From Synergistaceae bacterium (GTDB taxonomy: Bacteria; Synergistota; Synergistia; Synergistales; Synergistaceae): DNA of 64,000 bases. The stretch lies in assembly GCA_012728235.1 (NCBI GenBank), contig JAAYFL010000016.1, positions 7,341 to 71,340 of the forward strand, written 5' to 3'. A program made the translations under genes and the position numbers. The notes beneath the pieces are model-generated. The model worked only from the letters and a program-made list of their open reading frames with translations. It ran no database searches and was not told where the DNA came from. Within the stretch, counting starts at the first letter, position 1. Each line of letters opens with the position of its first letter. Below, piece by piece: positions 9,987 to 18,861 of the stretch.

Positions 9987-11225
9987 ATGACAAGAGTAGT
10001 TATTACTGGTGTAGGAGCTGTTACGCCAATTGGACTTGGTAAAGAAGAATTTTGGAGAGCTCTTGAAGAGGGGAAAAACGGGGTAGACTACATAACTTTG
10101 TACGACACCTCTGAGCATTCAATAAAAATTGCAGCAGAGGTTAAAAACTTTGACCCCGAAAATTGGCTTGATAAAAAAGAAGCTAACCGTACGGATAGAG
10201 TTTTACATTTAGCCTCGGCTGCTGCAGATTTGGCAATTAAAGATTCAGGTCTCAATATAGATACGTTAGATAAAAATATGTTTGGTGTTTATGTAGGTAG
10301 TGGCGAGGGTGGAATTGGAACACTTGAAAAAAACTTTCAAAGTTTGAATGAAAAAGGTCCCAATCGTGTTAGTCCTTTTTTAGTGCCGATGATGATTACT
10401 AATATGTCCGCAGCTTACGTAGCAATAAGATGCGGAGCAAAAGGTCCCAATATGGCTGTCGTAACAGCTTGTGCTTCTTCTCTAAACAGCATAGGTGAGG
10501 CTTATAACTGCATAATGCGAGGTGATGCAACTGTTATGTTAGCAGGGGGGTCAGAAGCTGCGATAACACCTATTGCAACCGCTGGATTTGCATCATTGAA
10601 AGCTTTGTCAACCAGAAACGATGATCCCAAACATGCTTCGCGTCCTTTCGATTTGGGAAGAAATGGATTTGTAATAGGAGAAGGTTCGGGAATTTTAGTT
10701 TTAGAAGATCTTGAGCATGCTAAAAAAAGAGGGGCACATATTTACGCAGAAATCAAGGGTTATGGTATATCCTGTGATGCTTATCATATAACGGCTCCTG
10801 ATCCTGAAGGAGATGGGGCATATAGAGCTATGGACATGGCCGTAAGAAAGGCCGGATGGCACGTAGAGGATATTGATTTAATTAATGCCCACGGGACATC
10901 AACACCGTTAAACGATAAAATGGAAACAAAGGCAATTAAGCATCTTATGAACAATAATACTGATAAACTAATGGTACATTCAACTAAATCCATGATGGGA
11001 CACGCTCTCGGAGCAGCGGGTGCTATTGAAACAATTGCTTCTCTGTTGGCTATCGAAAAAGGGATAGTACATCCAACAATAAACCAGTTTGAATTTGACC
11101 CAGAGTGCGATTTAAATACTGTCCCGAATAAGGCTGTTAAAGCTGATGTTAAAAAAGTTTTAATCAACAATTTTGGTTTTGGGGGACACAATGCGGTTAT
11201 AGCATTAGAGCGTTACGAAGATTAA
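9987..11225 (+). CDS. fabF: 3-oxoacyl-ACP synthase II
   Basis: 412 aa. Active-site VTACASS, plus HGTSTP and GHNA motifs. Confidence 0.95.
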   Translation: MTRVVITGVGAVTPIGLGKEEFWRALEEGKNGVDYITLYDTSEHSIKIAAEVKNFDPENWLDKKEANRTDRVLHLASAAADLAIKDSGLNIDTLDKNMFGVYVGSGEGGIGTLEKNFQSLNEKGPNRVSPFLVPMMITNMSAAYVAIRCGAKGPNMAVVTACASSLNSIGEAYNCIMRGDATVMLAGGSEAAITPIATAGFASLKALSTRNDDPKHASRPFDLGRNGFVIGEGSGILVLEDLEHAKKRGAHIYAEIKGYGISCDAYHITAPDPEGDGAYRAMDMAVRKAGWHVEDIDLINAHGTSTPLNDKMETKAIKHLMNNNTDKLMVHSTKSMMGHALGAAGAIETIASLLAIEKGIVHPTINQFEFDPECDLNTVPNKAVKADVKKVLINNFGFGGHNAVIALERYED

Positions 11226-11227
11226 AA

Positions 11228-11914
11228 ATGAAAAAGCAAGAAGACAGAGAGGCATTGCTCCTCGAATTTCAAGAAAAAATAGGTTATTTTTATAATAATA
11301 AAAAGCTTTTAGAAGAAGCACTTACTCATTCTTCCTACGCGAACGAGTCTGGGCTTCTTTTTTATAATGAAAGATTGGAATTTTTAGGAGATTCAGTTTT
11401 AGAACTAATTGCATCTGAAATGCTATATAAAGAGTTTCAAGATTTGGATGAAGGCAAATTAACTCGTTTGCGCTCTCAGCTCGTTTGTCAAAATAGTTTA
11501 AAAAACTGGGCAGAAGAAGTGGGTTTAAATAAATTAATTAAATTAGGGAAAAGTCTGATTAAAGATGGGCCCAGTCAATCAGTTGAAGCTGATACAGCAG
11601 AAGCAATTTTAGGATCAGTTTTTTTAGACGGAGGCTATGCAAGTGCAAGCCGGATAATAATAGATTTTCTAAAAAAACAAAAAAATAATGCTTCTATATA
11701 TGCAATAGATCCTAAGACGACTCTACAGCAAGCGACACAATCAAAAAATGGTAGTGTGCCATATTATAAGACTGTTGAGAGGAAGGGTCCTGATCATTCT
11801 CTTAAGTTTAGAGTTCAAGTAACATTAAATGAAAAGATACTAGCAGAAGCGTGGGGGAATACTATAAAAGAGGCTGAATTTAAGGCTGCAGAAGAGGCGT
11901 TAAAAAATATATAA
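11228..11914 (+). CDS. rnc: ribonuclease III
   Basis: ERLEFLGDSVLE signature and a C-terminal dsRBD (KDPKTTLQQ...GPDHSLKF). Confidence 0.95.
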   Translation: MKKQEDREALLLEFQEKIGYFYNNKKLLEEALTHSSYANESGLLFYNERLEFLGDSVLELIASEMLYKEFQDLDEGKLTRLRSQLVCQNSLKNWAEEVGLNKLIKLGKSLIKDGPSQSVEADTAEAILGSVFLDGGYASASRIIIDFLKKQKNNASIYAIDPKTTLQQATQSKNGSVPYYKTVERKGPDHSLKFRVQVTLNEKILAEAWGNTIKEAEFKAAEEALKNI

Positions 11915-11930
11915 AAAATTATGCAATCGG

Positions 11931-11959
11931 TTGCATAAAAAAGAAAAGTAGTTTATACT
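11931..11959 (+). promoter_or_regulatory. candidate pyr operon promoter
   Basis: TTGCAT (11931-11936), exact 17-nt spacer, TATACT (11954-11959). The -35 lies in the 3' arm of the ATGCAA/TTGCAT hairpin that follows rnc. Confidence 0.5.
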
Positions 11960-11989
11960 CTTTTAAATTGGGCTAAAGGGGGAAGAGAA

Positions 11990-12076
11990 ATGTTTGAGAA
12001 TTTAGTCATGTCTTCAAATGATTTTCTTCTTTCTGCCATTCATGATGTTTTCTATTTATCAGAACTGTCTTTTTAG
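11990..12076 (+). CDS. candidate 28-aa pyr leader peptide (MFENLVMSSNDFLLSAIHDVFYLSELSF)
   Basis: The ATG sits 7 nt after AAGGGGG. The UAG stop (12074-12076) lies at the loop/3'-arm junction of the attenuator hairpin. Coding status is inferred from geometry only. Confidence 0.3.
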   Translation: MFENLVMSSNDFLLSAIHDVFYLSELSF

Positions 12077-12091
12077 ACAGTTCTTTTTTTA
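12061..12091 (+). terminator. intrinsic terminator / attenuator immediately upstream of pyrR
   Basis: Perfect 10-bp stem AGAACTGTCT / AGACAGTTCT with loop TTTT, followed by T6. It ends 19 nt before the pyrR ATG. Confidence 0.7.
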
Positions 12092-12109
12092 TGAAAAGGA
12101 GTGTGGCAG

Positions 12110-12661
12110 ATGGTGAAGTTAAAAGAAAAGTCGCGTTTAATGAGTGCTGAGGATCTTAAGAGAGTAATAAGGAGAATAGCAAACGAAATTATTGAACGTA
12201 ACAAGGGTACTGAGAAAATGATATTGGTAGGGATTCATAGACGAGGAGTATATTTGGCCAGACGAATTCAAAAAATTATAGAAGAGGTAGAAGGAGTAAA
12301 AATACCGTGTGGTGAGTTAGACATCACACTCTATAGAGATGACTTAACAACGCTCTTTGAACAACCCATGGTTCATAGCACCAGGATGCCGGAAGATATT
12401 TCAGGACAAAATATATATTTAATAGATGATGTTCTTTACACAGGACGCACGGTTCGTGCTGCTTTAGAAGCTCTTGTGGATCTAGGCAGATCCTCTCAGG
12501 TCCAATTAGTCGTAATTGTCGATAGAGGGCACAGAGAGCTGCCGATTCATGCAGATATATGTGGTAAAAAAGTGCCAACTTCAAAAAACGAAGTTATAGA
12601 GGTAAAAGTAACTGAGCTAGACGGGAAAGATGAGGTGGTCATTTGTGAACGTGATGCCTAG
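12110..12661 (+). CDS. pyrR: bifunctional pyrimidine operon regulator / uracil phosphoribosyltransferase PyrR
   Basis: LVGIHRRGVYLARRI and the PRPP motif YLIDDVLYTGRTVRAA. The ATG at 12110 is 8 nt after AAAGGAG. The ORF could also open at the GTG at 12101. Confidence 0.9.
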   Translation: MVKLKEKSRLMSAEDLKRVIRRIANEIIERNKGTEKMILVGIHRRGVYLARRIQKIIEEVEGVKIPCGELDITLYRDDLTTLFEQPMVHSTRMPEDISGQNIYLIDDVLYTGRTVRAALEALVDLGRSSQVQLVVIVDRGHRELPIHADICGKKVPTSKNEVIEVKVTELDGKDEVVICERDA

Positions 12662-13598
12662 TGAAACAGGACAAATAGTATGGCGTCATAAAAATGTAAT
12701 AGATTTAGCTGGTTGGAGTAGAGAGGAACTCTATTTTATTCTTGATCAAGCACGTCACATGGAAAATGTTATGGATAGACCGATAAAAAAAGTTCCCGTA
12801 CTTCGCGGTAAAATGTGTGTAAACCTCTTCTTTGAGAATTCAACTCGAACTCGTGCTTCTTTTGAACTGGCAGAAAAAATGCTTTCAGCAGATGTCGTAA
12901 ACTGGTCTTCAGCTGGTTCTAGCACAGCAAAAGGAGAAACAATGCGAGATACCGCATGGACATTAGAGGCAATGGGTGCTGATATTGTTGTACTGCGTCA
13001 TAGATCTGTCGGAGCAGCTCAATATCTTGCCTCAAAATTGAAAAGGGCAATAGTATTAAATGCGGGAGATGGCACACACGCACACCCGACTCAAGCCCTA
13101 CTTGATCTTTACACAGCGTGGAAACATTTGGGTAATCTAAGCGGCAAAAAAATTGCATTTGTAGGAGATGTTTTACACAGCAGAGTCGCACGTAGCGATA
13201 TAATCGGATTTAATACAATTGGTTGTAAGGTAGTAGTTTCAGGTCCTCCCACAATGATGCCTAAAAATATTGAAGCTTTGGGGTGCGAGTATGAAAATGA
13301 TCCTAAAAAAGCTGTGCAAGAAGCGGATATGGTTTATCTATTAAGAATTCAGAAAGAACGTCAACAAGATGGACTCTTCCCCTCAGTTGACGAATATCAT
13401 AAATGGTGGGGTGCTGATAAAAATCTAATTGCATACGCTAAACCAGATGCTTTGGTTATGCATCCAGGCCCGTTAAATAGAGGAGTAGAAATAGCTTCTG
13501 ATATATCGGATGGACATCAGAGCGTAATTTTAGAACAGGTACGTTCGGGGGTAGCTATCAGAATGGCTCTGCTTTATCTTTGTGGAGGGGGAAAATAA
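12630..13598 (+). CDS. pyrB: aspartate carbamoyltransferase catalytic subunit
   Basis: NLFFENSTRTRASFE, HPTQALLD and HPGPLNRG motifs. The start is uncertain among ATG 12630, GTG 12645 (6 nt after GAGGTGG) and ATG 12654. It overlaps the pyrR end. Confidence 0.9.
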   Translation: MRWSFVNVMPSETGQIVWRHKNVIDLAGWSREELYFILDQARHMENVMDRPIKKVPVLRGKMCVNLFFENSTRTRASFELAEKMLSADVVNWSSAGSSTAKGETMRDTAWTLEAMGADIVVLRHRSVGAAQYLASKLKRAIVLNAGDGTHAHPTQALLDLYTAWKHLGNLSGKKIAFVGDVLHSRVARSDIIGFNTIGCKVVVSGPPTMMPKNIEALGCEYENDPKKAVQEADMVYLLRIQKERQQDGLFPSVDEYHKWWGADKNLIAYAKPDALVMHPGPLNRGVEIASDISDGHQSVILEQVRSGVAIRMALLYLCGGGK

Positions 13599-14902
13599 TG
13601 GGTAAAATAGTCTTTAGAAACTTTAAAATTTTTGATGGAGAAGAATTTATCAAGGAAGATTCTTTGGTTGTTGAAAATGATGTGATCATAGAGATTGGAG
13701 AGAAGAAGAAAAGTACTGATATAGAAATCATAGAAGGAAATGGTCGCATCCTATCCCCAGGGTTTATTGATCTTCATGCACATTTTAGAGACCCCGGGTT
13801 GGAGTGGAATGAAGATATATATTCCGGTGCAAGAGCGGGTGCCGCTGGTGGTTTTACTACAATGGTTGCCATGCCTAATACCAAGCCGGCGATATCGGAA
13901 CCTTCGTTGGTTGAATATGTTTTAACACACAGTAAAAAAGCAAATGCTTCAAGAATATTACCAGCAGGTTGCGTCAGTAAAAATAGAGAAGGCAAAGAAA
14001 TGGCTGAACTGCTGAAGATGACTGAATCCGGAGCTGTTTTTTTTACGGATGATGGAGACCCTGTTTCCACTAGTGATTTACTCCGTCTGGCTCTTCTTTA
14101 TACAGGGAAAAATCAGCCGCGCATAATGGAGCATCCAGAAGAAAAAAGCTTGTTTATCGGTGGCCAAGTTCATGAAGGGCGTGTAAGTGCCTTGAGTGGA
14201 TTAAAAGGGATTCCTGAAGCGACAGAAGAGATAGACGTGGCTCGTGGAATATCTTTAACTCGTGAGACATCCGGAAGAATTCATTTCACTCATTTAAGTA
14301 GTGCAGGTTCTGTAGAATTGATACGTCAGGCAAAAAAAGAGGGGCTAGATGTTACATGTGATACAACTTTCCATCATTTAACACTTAATGAGAATGCTGT
14401 TATAAATAGCGGTTATGATTCTCGATATAAAGTGAACCCCCCATTACGCAGCTCAAGAGATCAGAAAGCATTGTGGGATGGTATTTTAGACAATACAATT
14501 GACGCTGTTGTAACTGACCACGCTCCGTGGCATATTGATATAAAGGATGAGCCTTTTCAAGATGCACCTTTTGGAATCGCATCTTTAGAATGTGCAATAG
14601 CAGTATTATTAGATTATACAAATAAGAATCATACGAACGTTCCATTAGAACTTATTTTGTCTAAAATTACCAGCTCACCCGCGAGCTTACTTCCGGAGAA
14701 ATGGCAAGGATTGGGAGTTATAAAAGAGGGCTCATTAGCAGACTTGACTATCATAGATTTAGATAGAACACGCATTGTAGATTGCGACACTTGGCAGAGC
14801 AAGGCTCGTTGCTGTCCTTGGGAAGGAATTGCCCTGACAGGATGGCCGGTAATGACATTCGTAGAAGGGCGTAAGATTTGGGCTGATACAGAAGAATATT
14901 AA
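13598..14902 (+). CDS. pyrC: dihydroorotase
   Basis: GFIDLHAHFRDPG, FTDDG and VTDHAP motifs. The ATG at 13598 overlaps the pyrB stop (TAATG) and follows GGAGGGGG. Confidence 0.95.
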   Translation: MGKIVFRNFKIFDGEEFIKEDSLVVENDVIIEIGEKKKSTDIEIIEGNGRILSPGFIDLHAHFRDPGLEWNEDIYSGARAGAAGGFTTMVAMPNTKPAISEPSLVEYVLTHSKKANASRILPAGCVSKNREGKEMAELLKMTESGAVFFTDDGDPVSTSDLLRLALLYTGKNQPRIMEHPEEKSLFIGGQVHEGRVSALSGLKGIPEATEEIDVARGISLTRETSGRIHFTHLSSAGSVELIRQAKKEGLDVTCDTTFHHLTLNENAVINSGYDSRYKVNPPLRSSRDQKALWDGILDNTIDAVVTDHAPWHIDIKDEPFQDAPFGIASLECAIAVLLDYTNKNHTNVPLELILSKITSSPASLLPEKWQGLGVIKEGSLADLTIIDLDRTRIVDCDTWQSKARCCPWEGIALTGWPVMTFVEGRKIWADTEEY

Positions 14903-15003
14903 GAACTTTGATGTGGTTAATATTGGAGAACAGGTGCACTTGTTTTTATATTGTCAAAAAACATTTAACATTAAGTTATAATCATAAGTAGGGCGGTGTA
15001 ATA

Positions 15004-15711
15004 ATGCATAAAGATAATTGTGGTCTTATCCTTGCGTTGGATGTCTTGACACTTGAAGATGCCCGGTCTTTTCTTAAAAAATTAAAAACAGCTACTCCTT
15101 ATATAAAGATAGGGCCAAGGCTTTACGCATTGGGCGGAATAAATTTCGCAAAAGAAATAATAGATATGGGATATAAACTTTTTTTAGATCTTAAGCTTCA
15201 CGATATTCCAAACACAGTGGCTTCTGCAGTTGAGCCTCTTTCACAAATTGGTCTTTGGGCTCTTACAATACATACTTCAGGTGGATATGAGATGATGGCA
15301 CGTTCCGTAGCAATGAGAGAAAAAATGGGAAGCAATATGAATTTATTTGGAATAACGGTACTTACCAGTCTTAGTGGAAAAGAGTGGAGTGATGTGCACC
15401 CTAAGACTGAAATACAAGAGGCTCTTATTTCTAGAGCAGAAACAGCAGAAAGAGCCGGACTTGATGGATTAGTATGTTCTCCTTTGGATTTACATCTTTT
15501 ACAGGATAAAGCTAAGGGCCTTATGCGAGTGGTGCCTGGAATTCGTGCGGCTAAGGTGAGTACGGAAGATCAAGCGCGCATCGCTACAGCTGCTGAAGCT
15601 GCTACAGCAGGAGCGAACTATATCGTTGTAGGGAGACCTATTCTTGAGGCAAACGACCCTATTAACGCGACTAAAAATATAATAGAAATACTATCAAAGG
15701 TGAAGAGATAA
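15004..15711 (+). CDS. pyrF: orotidine 5'-phosphate decarboxylase
   Basis: LALDV, KIGPRL, FLDLKLHDIPNT and VVGRPI motifs. Confidence 0.95.
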   Translation: MHKDNCGLILALDVLTLEDARSFLKKLKTATPYIKIGPRLYALGGINFAKEIIDMGYKLFLDLKLHDIPNTVASAVEPLSQIGLWALTIHTSGGYEMMARSVAMREKMGSNMNLFGITVLTSLSGKEWSDVHPKTEIQEALISRAETAERAGLDGLVCSPLDLHLLQDKAKGLMRVVPGIRAAKVSTEDQARIATAAEAATAGANYIVVGRPILEANDPINATKNIIEILSKVKR

Positions 15712-16316
15712 TGAATTGTTCTAAAGGTTTTAACGCAAGTGAAGTTTCAGAAAAAATTCAAGAGATGATGAAGGAAAGTGGTGCCCACATGGTGGGGCAT
15801 TTTCACCTAACCTCAGGGTTGCACAGCGGACACTATATACAATGTGCTTTAATGCTTAGATTCCCCGAATATGCAGCTTATGCCGGAGAGAGGTTAGCAG
15901 AAAAAATAGTTTCACTGAAACCGGATTTCATTTTATCTCCGGCTTTAGGTGGTCTAATAATAGGGCATGAAGTCGCAAGGGCTCTTAACGTGCCGTTTTT
16001 ATTTTCCGAAAGACAGGACGGAAAAATGCTTCTTCGCCGTTTTCCAGTACCAGAGAAAAAAAAGTTTGTATTAGTGGAAGACGTTGTCACAACTGGGAAG
16101 TCAACAAGAGAAACGGCTCAAATATTAACAGATCTTGGTGCGCAATGGGTTGGCTCAGCATCTATAATAGATAGACGTCCGTCCAATGTTGAAAAGGACT
16201 TAGACTTAACTTCCCTATGGAAACTCAGTTTCCCTGTGTATGATCCTCAAAAATGTCCTTTGTGTGCAGACAAAATACCTTTGTATAAGCCGGGGAGTCG
16301 TCCCGAGAAAAAATAA
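15711..16316 (+). CDS. pyrE: orotate phosphoribosyltransferase
   Basis: GHFHLTSGLHSGHYIQ and the PRPP loop VLVEDVVTTGKST. The start overlaps the pyrF stop (TAATG). Confidence 0.9.
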   Translation: MNCSKGFNASEVSEKIQEMMKESGAHMVGHFHLTSGLHSGHYIQCALMLRFPEYAAYAGERLAEKIVSLKPDFILSPALGGLIIGHEVARALNVPFLFSERQDGKMLLRRFPVPEKKKFVLVEDVVTTGKSTRETAQILTDLGAQWVGSASIIDRRPSNVEKDLDLTSLWKLSFPVYDPQKCPLCADKIPLYKPGSRPEKK

Positions 16317-17155
16317 TGTTATTGTACATACGCAATTTATTTCTTAAAGCACTGTTAGTTATCTTCTTCGCTGCTTTGTGTATTTCTAGTACCCCGTCGA
16401 CAGCTAAAGCGATAGATTTTGCTGTGACAACTCCTTGGTTGTCTGAAATCGCAAGCTTTATTGTTGGAGATAAATCGCGAGTACGCTGTTTGTCTAATTG
16501 GAATATAAATGGAGAAGTTTTAATAATAGGAGCTCCGAAAGCTGATGAAGTTGTAATAGCCCTAAATTCCAAAGAGGCGTCTCATTTCAGACTAAACAAG
16601 AACAATGATCTATATGTACTTTATGAATCATTGATTATCCAGGACCACCAAGTTCGCTCGCTATTTTATGATCCTGCAGTCATACCCTTGATAGCTCAAA
16701 ATGTCATGAAAATAATAGCGAATAAAGATAGCAAAAACTATGTCTATTATCAACGTAGACTTGCGGAACTGCAGGCGAGAATCGAAAGTGCCAATGATGT
16801 AGGGAAACATCTGCTAAAAAACAAAAAGATCATGGACCTGACTGCATCCCAAGGGGTTTGGGTTCGTTCTGTCGCAGAGGATACAATTAGACCGCCGGAA
16901 GAAGTTTGGGACAAGTGGTTGGCCGGAGACACAAAATCTTTAAAAGCAGCATTAGACGAAGCAAAAAGGCGGAATTGGACAGTTATGGTTGATTCATGGA
17001 CTTCTACAGTTATAAAGTCTCTTGTGTTGGATTTTGATAACTCTGTTCTATTGCCTGCTCCAACAAAAGGGGAAAGTTATTTTACACATTTAAATAATAT
17101 TTATCTTTCTATTTGGAATAAAACAAAGGGCATATCTGACCCTATAAAAAAATAA
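16316..17155 (+). CDS. secreted protein of unknown function, apparently a degenerate ZnuA/TroA-like (cluster A-I) solute-binding fold
   Basis: Signal peptide ends ...SSTPSTAKA. The block order resembles metal SBPs: IDFAVTTPWLSEIASFIVGD, SLFYDPAVIPLIAQNVMKIIANKDSKNYVYYQRRLAELQARI and a C-terminal YFTHLNNIYLSI. The usual His ligands are not seen. The similarity is by eye only. The start overlaps the pyrE stop (TAATG). Confidence 0.45.
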   Translation: MLLYIRNLFLKALLVIFFAALCISSTPSTAKAIDFAVTTPWLSEIASFIVGDKSRVRCLSNWNINGEVLIIGAPKADEVVIALNSKEASHFRLNKNNDLYVLYESLIIQDHQVRSLFYDPAVIPLIAQNVMKIIANKDSKNYVYYQRRLAELQARIESANDVGKHLLKNKKIMDLTASQGVWVRSVAEDTIRPPEEVWDKWLAGDTKSLKAALDEAKRRNWTVMVDSWTSTVIKSLVLDFDNSVLLPAPTKGESYFTHLNNIYLSIWNKTKGISDPIKK

Positions 17156-17253
17156 AAATAAGTATTTATATATAACATAGAACTTTTGAACTATTATTAT
17201 GTATGTCTGTTAAAATTAATCTTTATACCCTTTTTGAAAAGAGGAATAAACTA

Positions 17254-18102
17254 ATGTTAAAGAAAAGTAGAATATTATGTTCGCTTTTATTTTTGTTAAT
17301 TTTACAACTTTCAGTCGCTAATGCTGAGACTGGAAGTTTGAAAGCGGATAGCATTTCATATAATGTAAATACCAAAAAGGCAGAGGCCAAAGGTAATGTA
17401 GTAATAAAAAAAGAAACAGCCACAATGTGGGGAGAAATAGCGCAGGGCAATACTGAAACGTTTGAGTTTACTATAAAAGGCAATGTAAGAGGGGAATTCC
17501 CGGAAGACAAGGCGGAGATGAAGGCTGATTCGGTTAAATGGGTCAATTCTTCGGAAAAAAATAACAACATTGTAGAGGCGTTTGGCAAGGTTCTTTTGAC
17601 AAGGGAGCCAAAAGACAGATTAAGAGCTGAGTATGTGCGTTGGGAAACAGAAACAACAAATTATTTGGCGCGTGGAAATGTAGACGGGATTTTTCAAAAT
17701 AAAATTCTAAAAGCAACTGAGGCAGGTCGTACAGAATCGACTTTTTGGGGGAAAAGAGTCATAAGGTATGAAGATATGTCCCAAAAGATTGGATTTGCAG
17801 CTGAAACAATCGATGGCACCCTGTTGGATAATGAAATACAAACTGCCATTGCAAGATCTTTTGTAACTATAGATTATATTGATGCAGATGGAGTAAAAAG
17901 TGTTGTAACAGGAGATTTGGCTGAATATTCTAAAGCAAGGGGAACGGTAATTGTAAGTGGAAAAGCTAAGATGGTTAGAAGCGATGGTAAAACAGCAAAT
18001 GCCGATAGATTTATACTTTATGAAAACACAAAAAATATAGAAGCAATTGGAAACACGCAGATGGTATTTGATCTTTCTGATGAAAAGAAGAAGAAAGAGT
18101 GA
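17254..18102 (+). CDS. OstA/LptA-like periplasmic protein (long form)
   Basis: Signal peptide MLKKSRILCSLLFLLILQLSVANA. Repeated OstA-type strands are present (ADSISYNVNTKKAEAKGNVVIKKE, AEYVRWETETTNYLARGNVDG, ADRFILYENTKNIEAIGN). Lies directly upstream of lptB. Start taken at the ATG at 17254 after AAGAGGA. Confidence 0.65.
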   Translation: MLKKSRILCSLLFLLILQLSVANAETGSLKADSISYNVNTKKAEAKGNVVIKKETATMWGEIAQGNTETFEFTIKGNVRGEFPEDKAEMKADSVKWVNSSEKNNNIVEAFGKVLLTREPKDRLRAEYVRWETETTNYLARGNVDGIFQNKILKATEAGRTESTFWGKRVIRYEDMSQKIGFAAETIDGTLLDNEIQTAIARSFVTIDYIDADGVKSVVTGDLAEYSKARGTVIVSGKAKMVRSDGKTANADRFILYENTKNIEAIGNTQMVFDLSDEKKKKE

Positions 18103-18112
18103 GAAACAGCTT

Positions 18113-18847
18113 ATGAAAAATAAAGAAGTAATACTAAGGGCAGATCATCTTACAAAAACTTTTAACAATCGTGCTGTTGTTAACGATGTTTCTATCTCTA
18201 TCAAAAAAGGAGAAATTGTAGGTCTGCTTGGCCCCAATGGAGCTGGCAAGAGTACCACGTTCTATATGATAATAGGGCGTATTATTCCTGATAGTGGGAG
18301 AGTTACAGTTGGTGAAGAAGATGTGACTCAACTTCCAATGTACATGAGAGCAAAAGCAGGTTTGGGGTATTTGCCGCAAGAGGCCTCCGTATTTAGAACG
18401 CTAACCGTTTATCAAAACTTAGACCTTGTACTGGAGTCAAATGGGGTTTTAGAAGATGAACGTATAGAAAAAATAGAATCCTTGATGAAGGATTATGGAA
18501 TAGCCCATTTGAGAGACACTAAGGGTATTTCTCTTTCAGGTGGCGAAAGACGTCGCGTAGAAATTGCAAGATGTCTTGCATTGGAGCCTTCTTTTATACT
18601 GTTGGACGAGCCTTTTAGTGGTATAGATCCCATAGCAGTAGAAGATTTACAGAATATTATAAGTAACTTAAAAGAACGCGGATATGGAATATTGCTAACT
18701 GATCATAATGTACGTGAAACGCTTTCTATAACCGACAGGACTTTTTTAATACATGATGGCCGAGTTTTTCTAGAGGGGCTTCCGGAAGAAATAGCAAGTA
18801 ACGAACAGGCTAAAAAGTTCTATTTGGGTCAAGACTTTTCCTGGTAA
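18113..18847 (+). CDS. lptB: LPS export ABC transporter ATP-binding protein LptB
   Basis: Walker A GPNGAGKST, signature LSGGERRRVEIARCLA, Walker B ILLDEP, and the C-terminal tail LGQDFSW typical of LptB. Start is the ATG at 18113. Confidence 0.9.
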   Translation: MKNKEVILRADHLTKTFNNRAVVNDVSISIKKGEIVGLLGPNGAGKSTTFYMIIGRIIPDSGRVTVGEEDVTQLPMYMRAKAGLGYLPQEASVFRTLTVYQNLDLVLESNGVLEDERIEKIESLMKDYGIAHLRDTKGISLSGGERRRVEIARCLALEPSFILLDEPFSGIDPIAVEDLQNIISNLKERGYGILLTDHNVRETLSITDRTFLIHDGRVFLEGLPEEIASNEQAKKFYLGQDFSW

Positions 18848-18861
18848 AAGAAAGGCTTAAA

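Noticed and set aside
11919-11936. ATGCAA-TCGG-TTGCAT hairpin after rnc as an intrinsic terminator.
   Set aside because: It is followed by an A-run, not a U-tract, on the plus strand. Its 3' arm doubles as the -35 of the pyr promoter candidate. It is not annotated as a terminator.
14921-14950. Second attenuator or terminator (AACAGGTGCACTTGTT + TTTTAT) between pyrC and pyrF.
   Set aside because: The stem is short and interrupted, and the central GTGCAC cannot form a loop. No PyrR-type motif is present. It may be a weak terminator but is not supportable.
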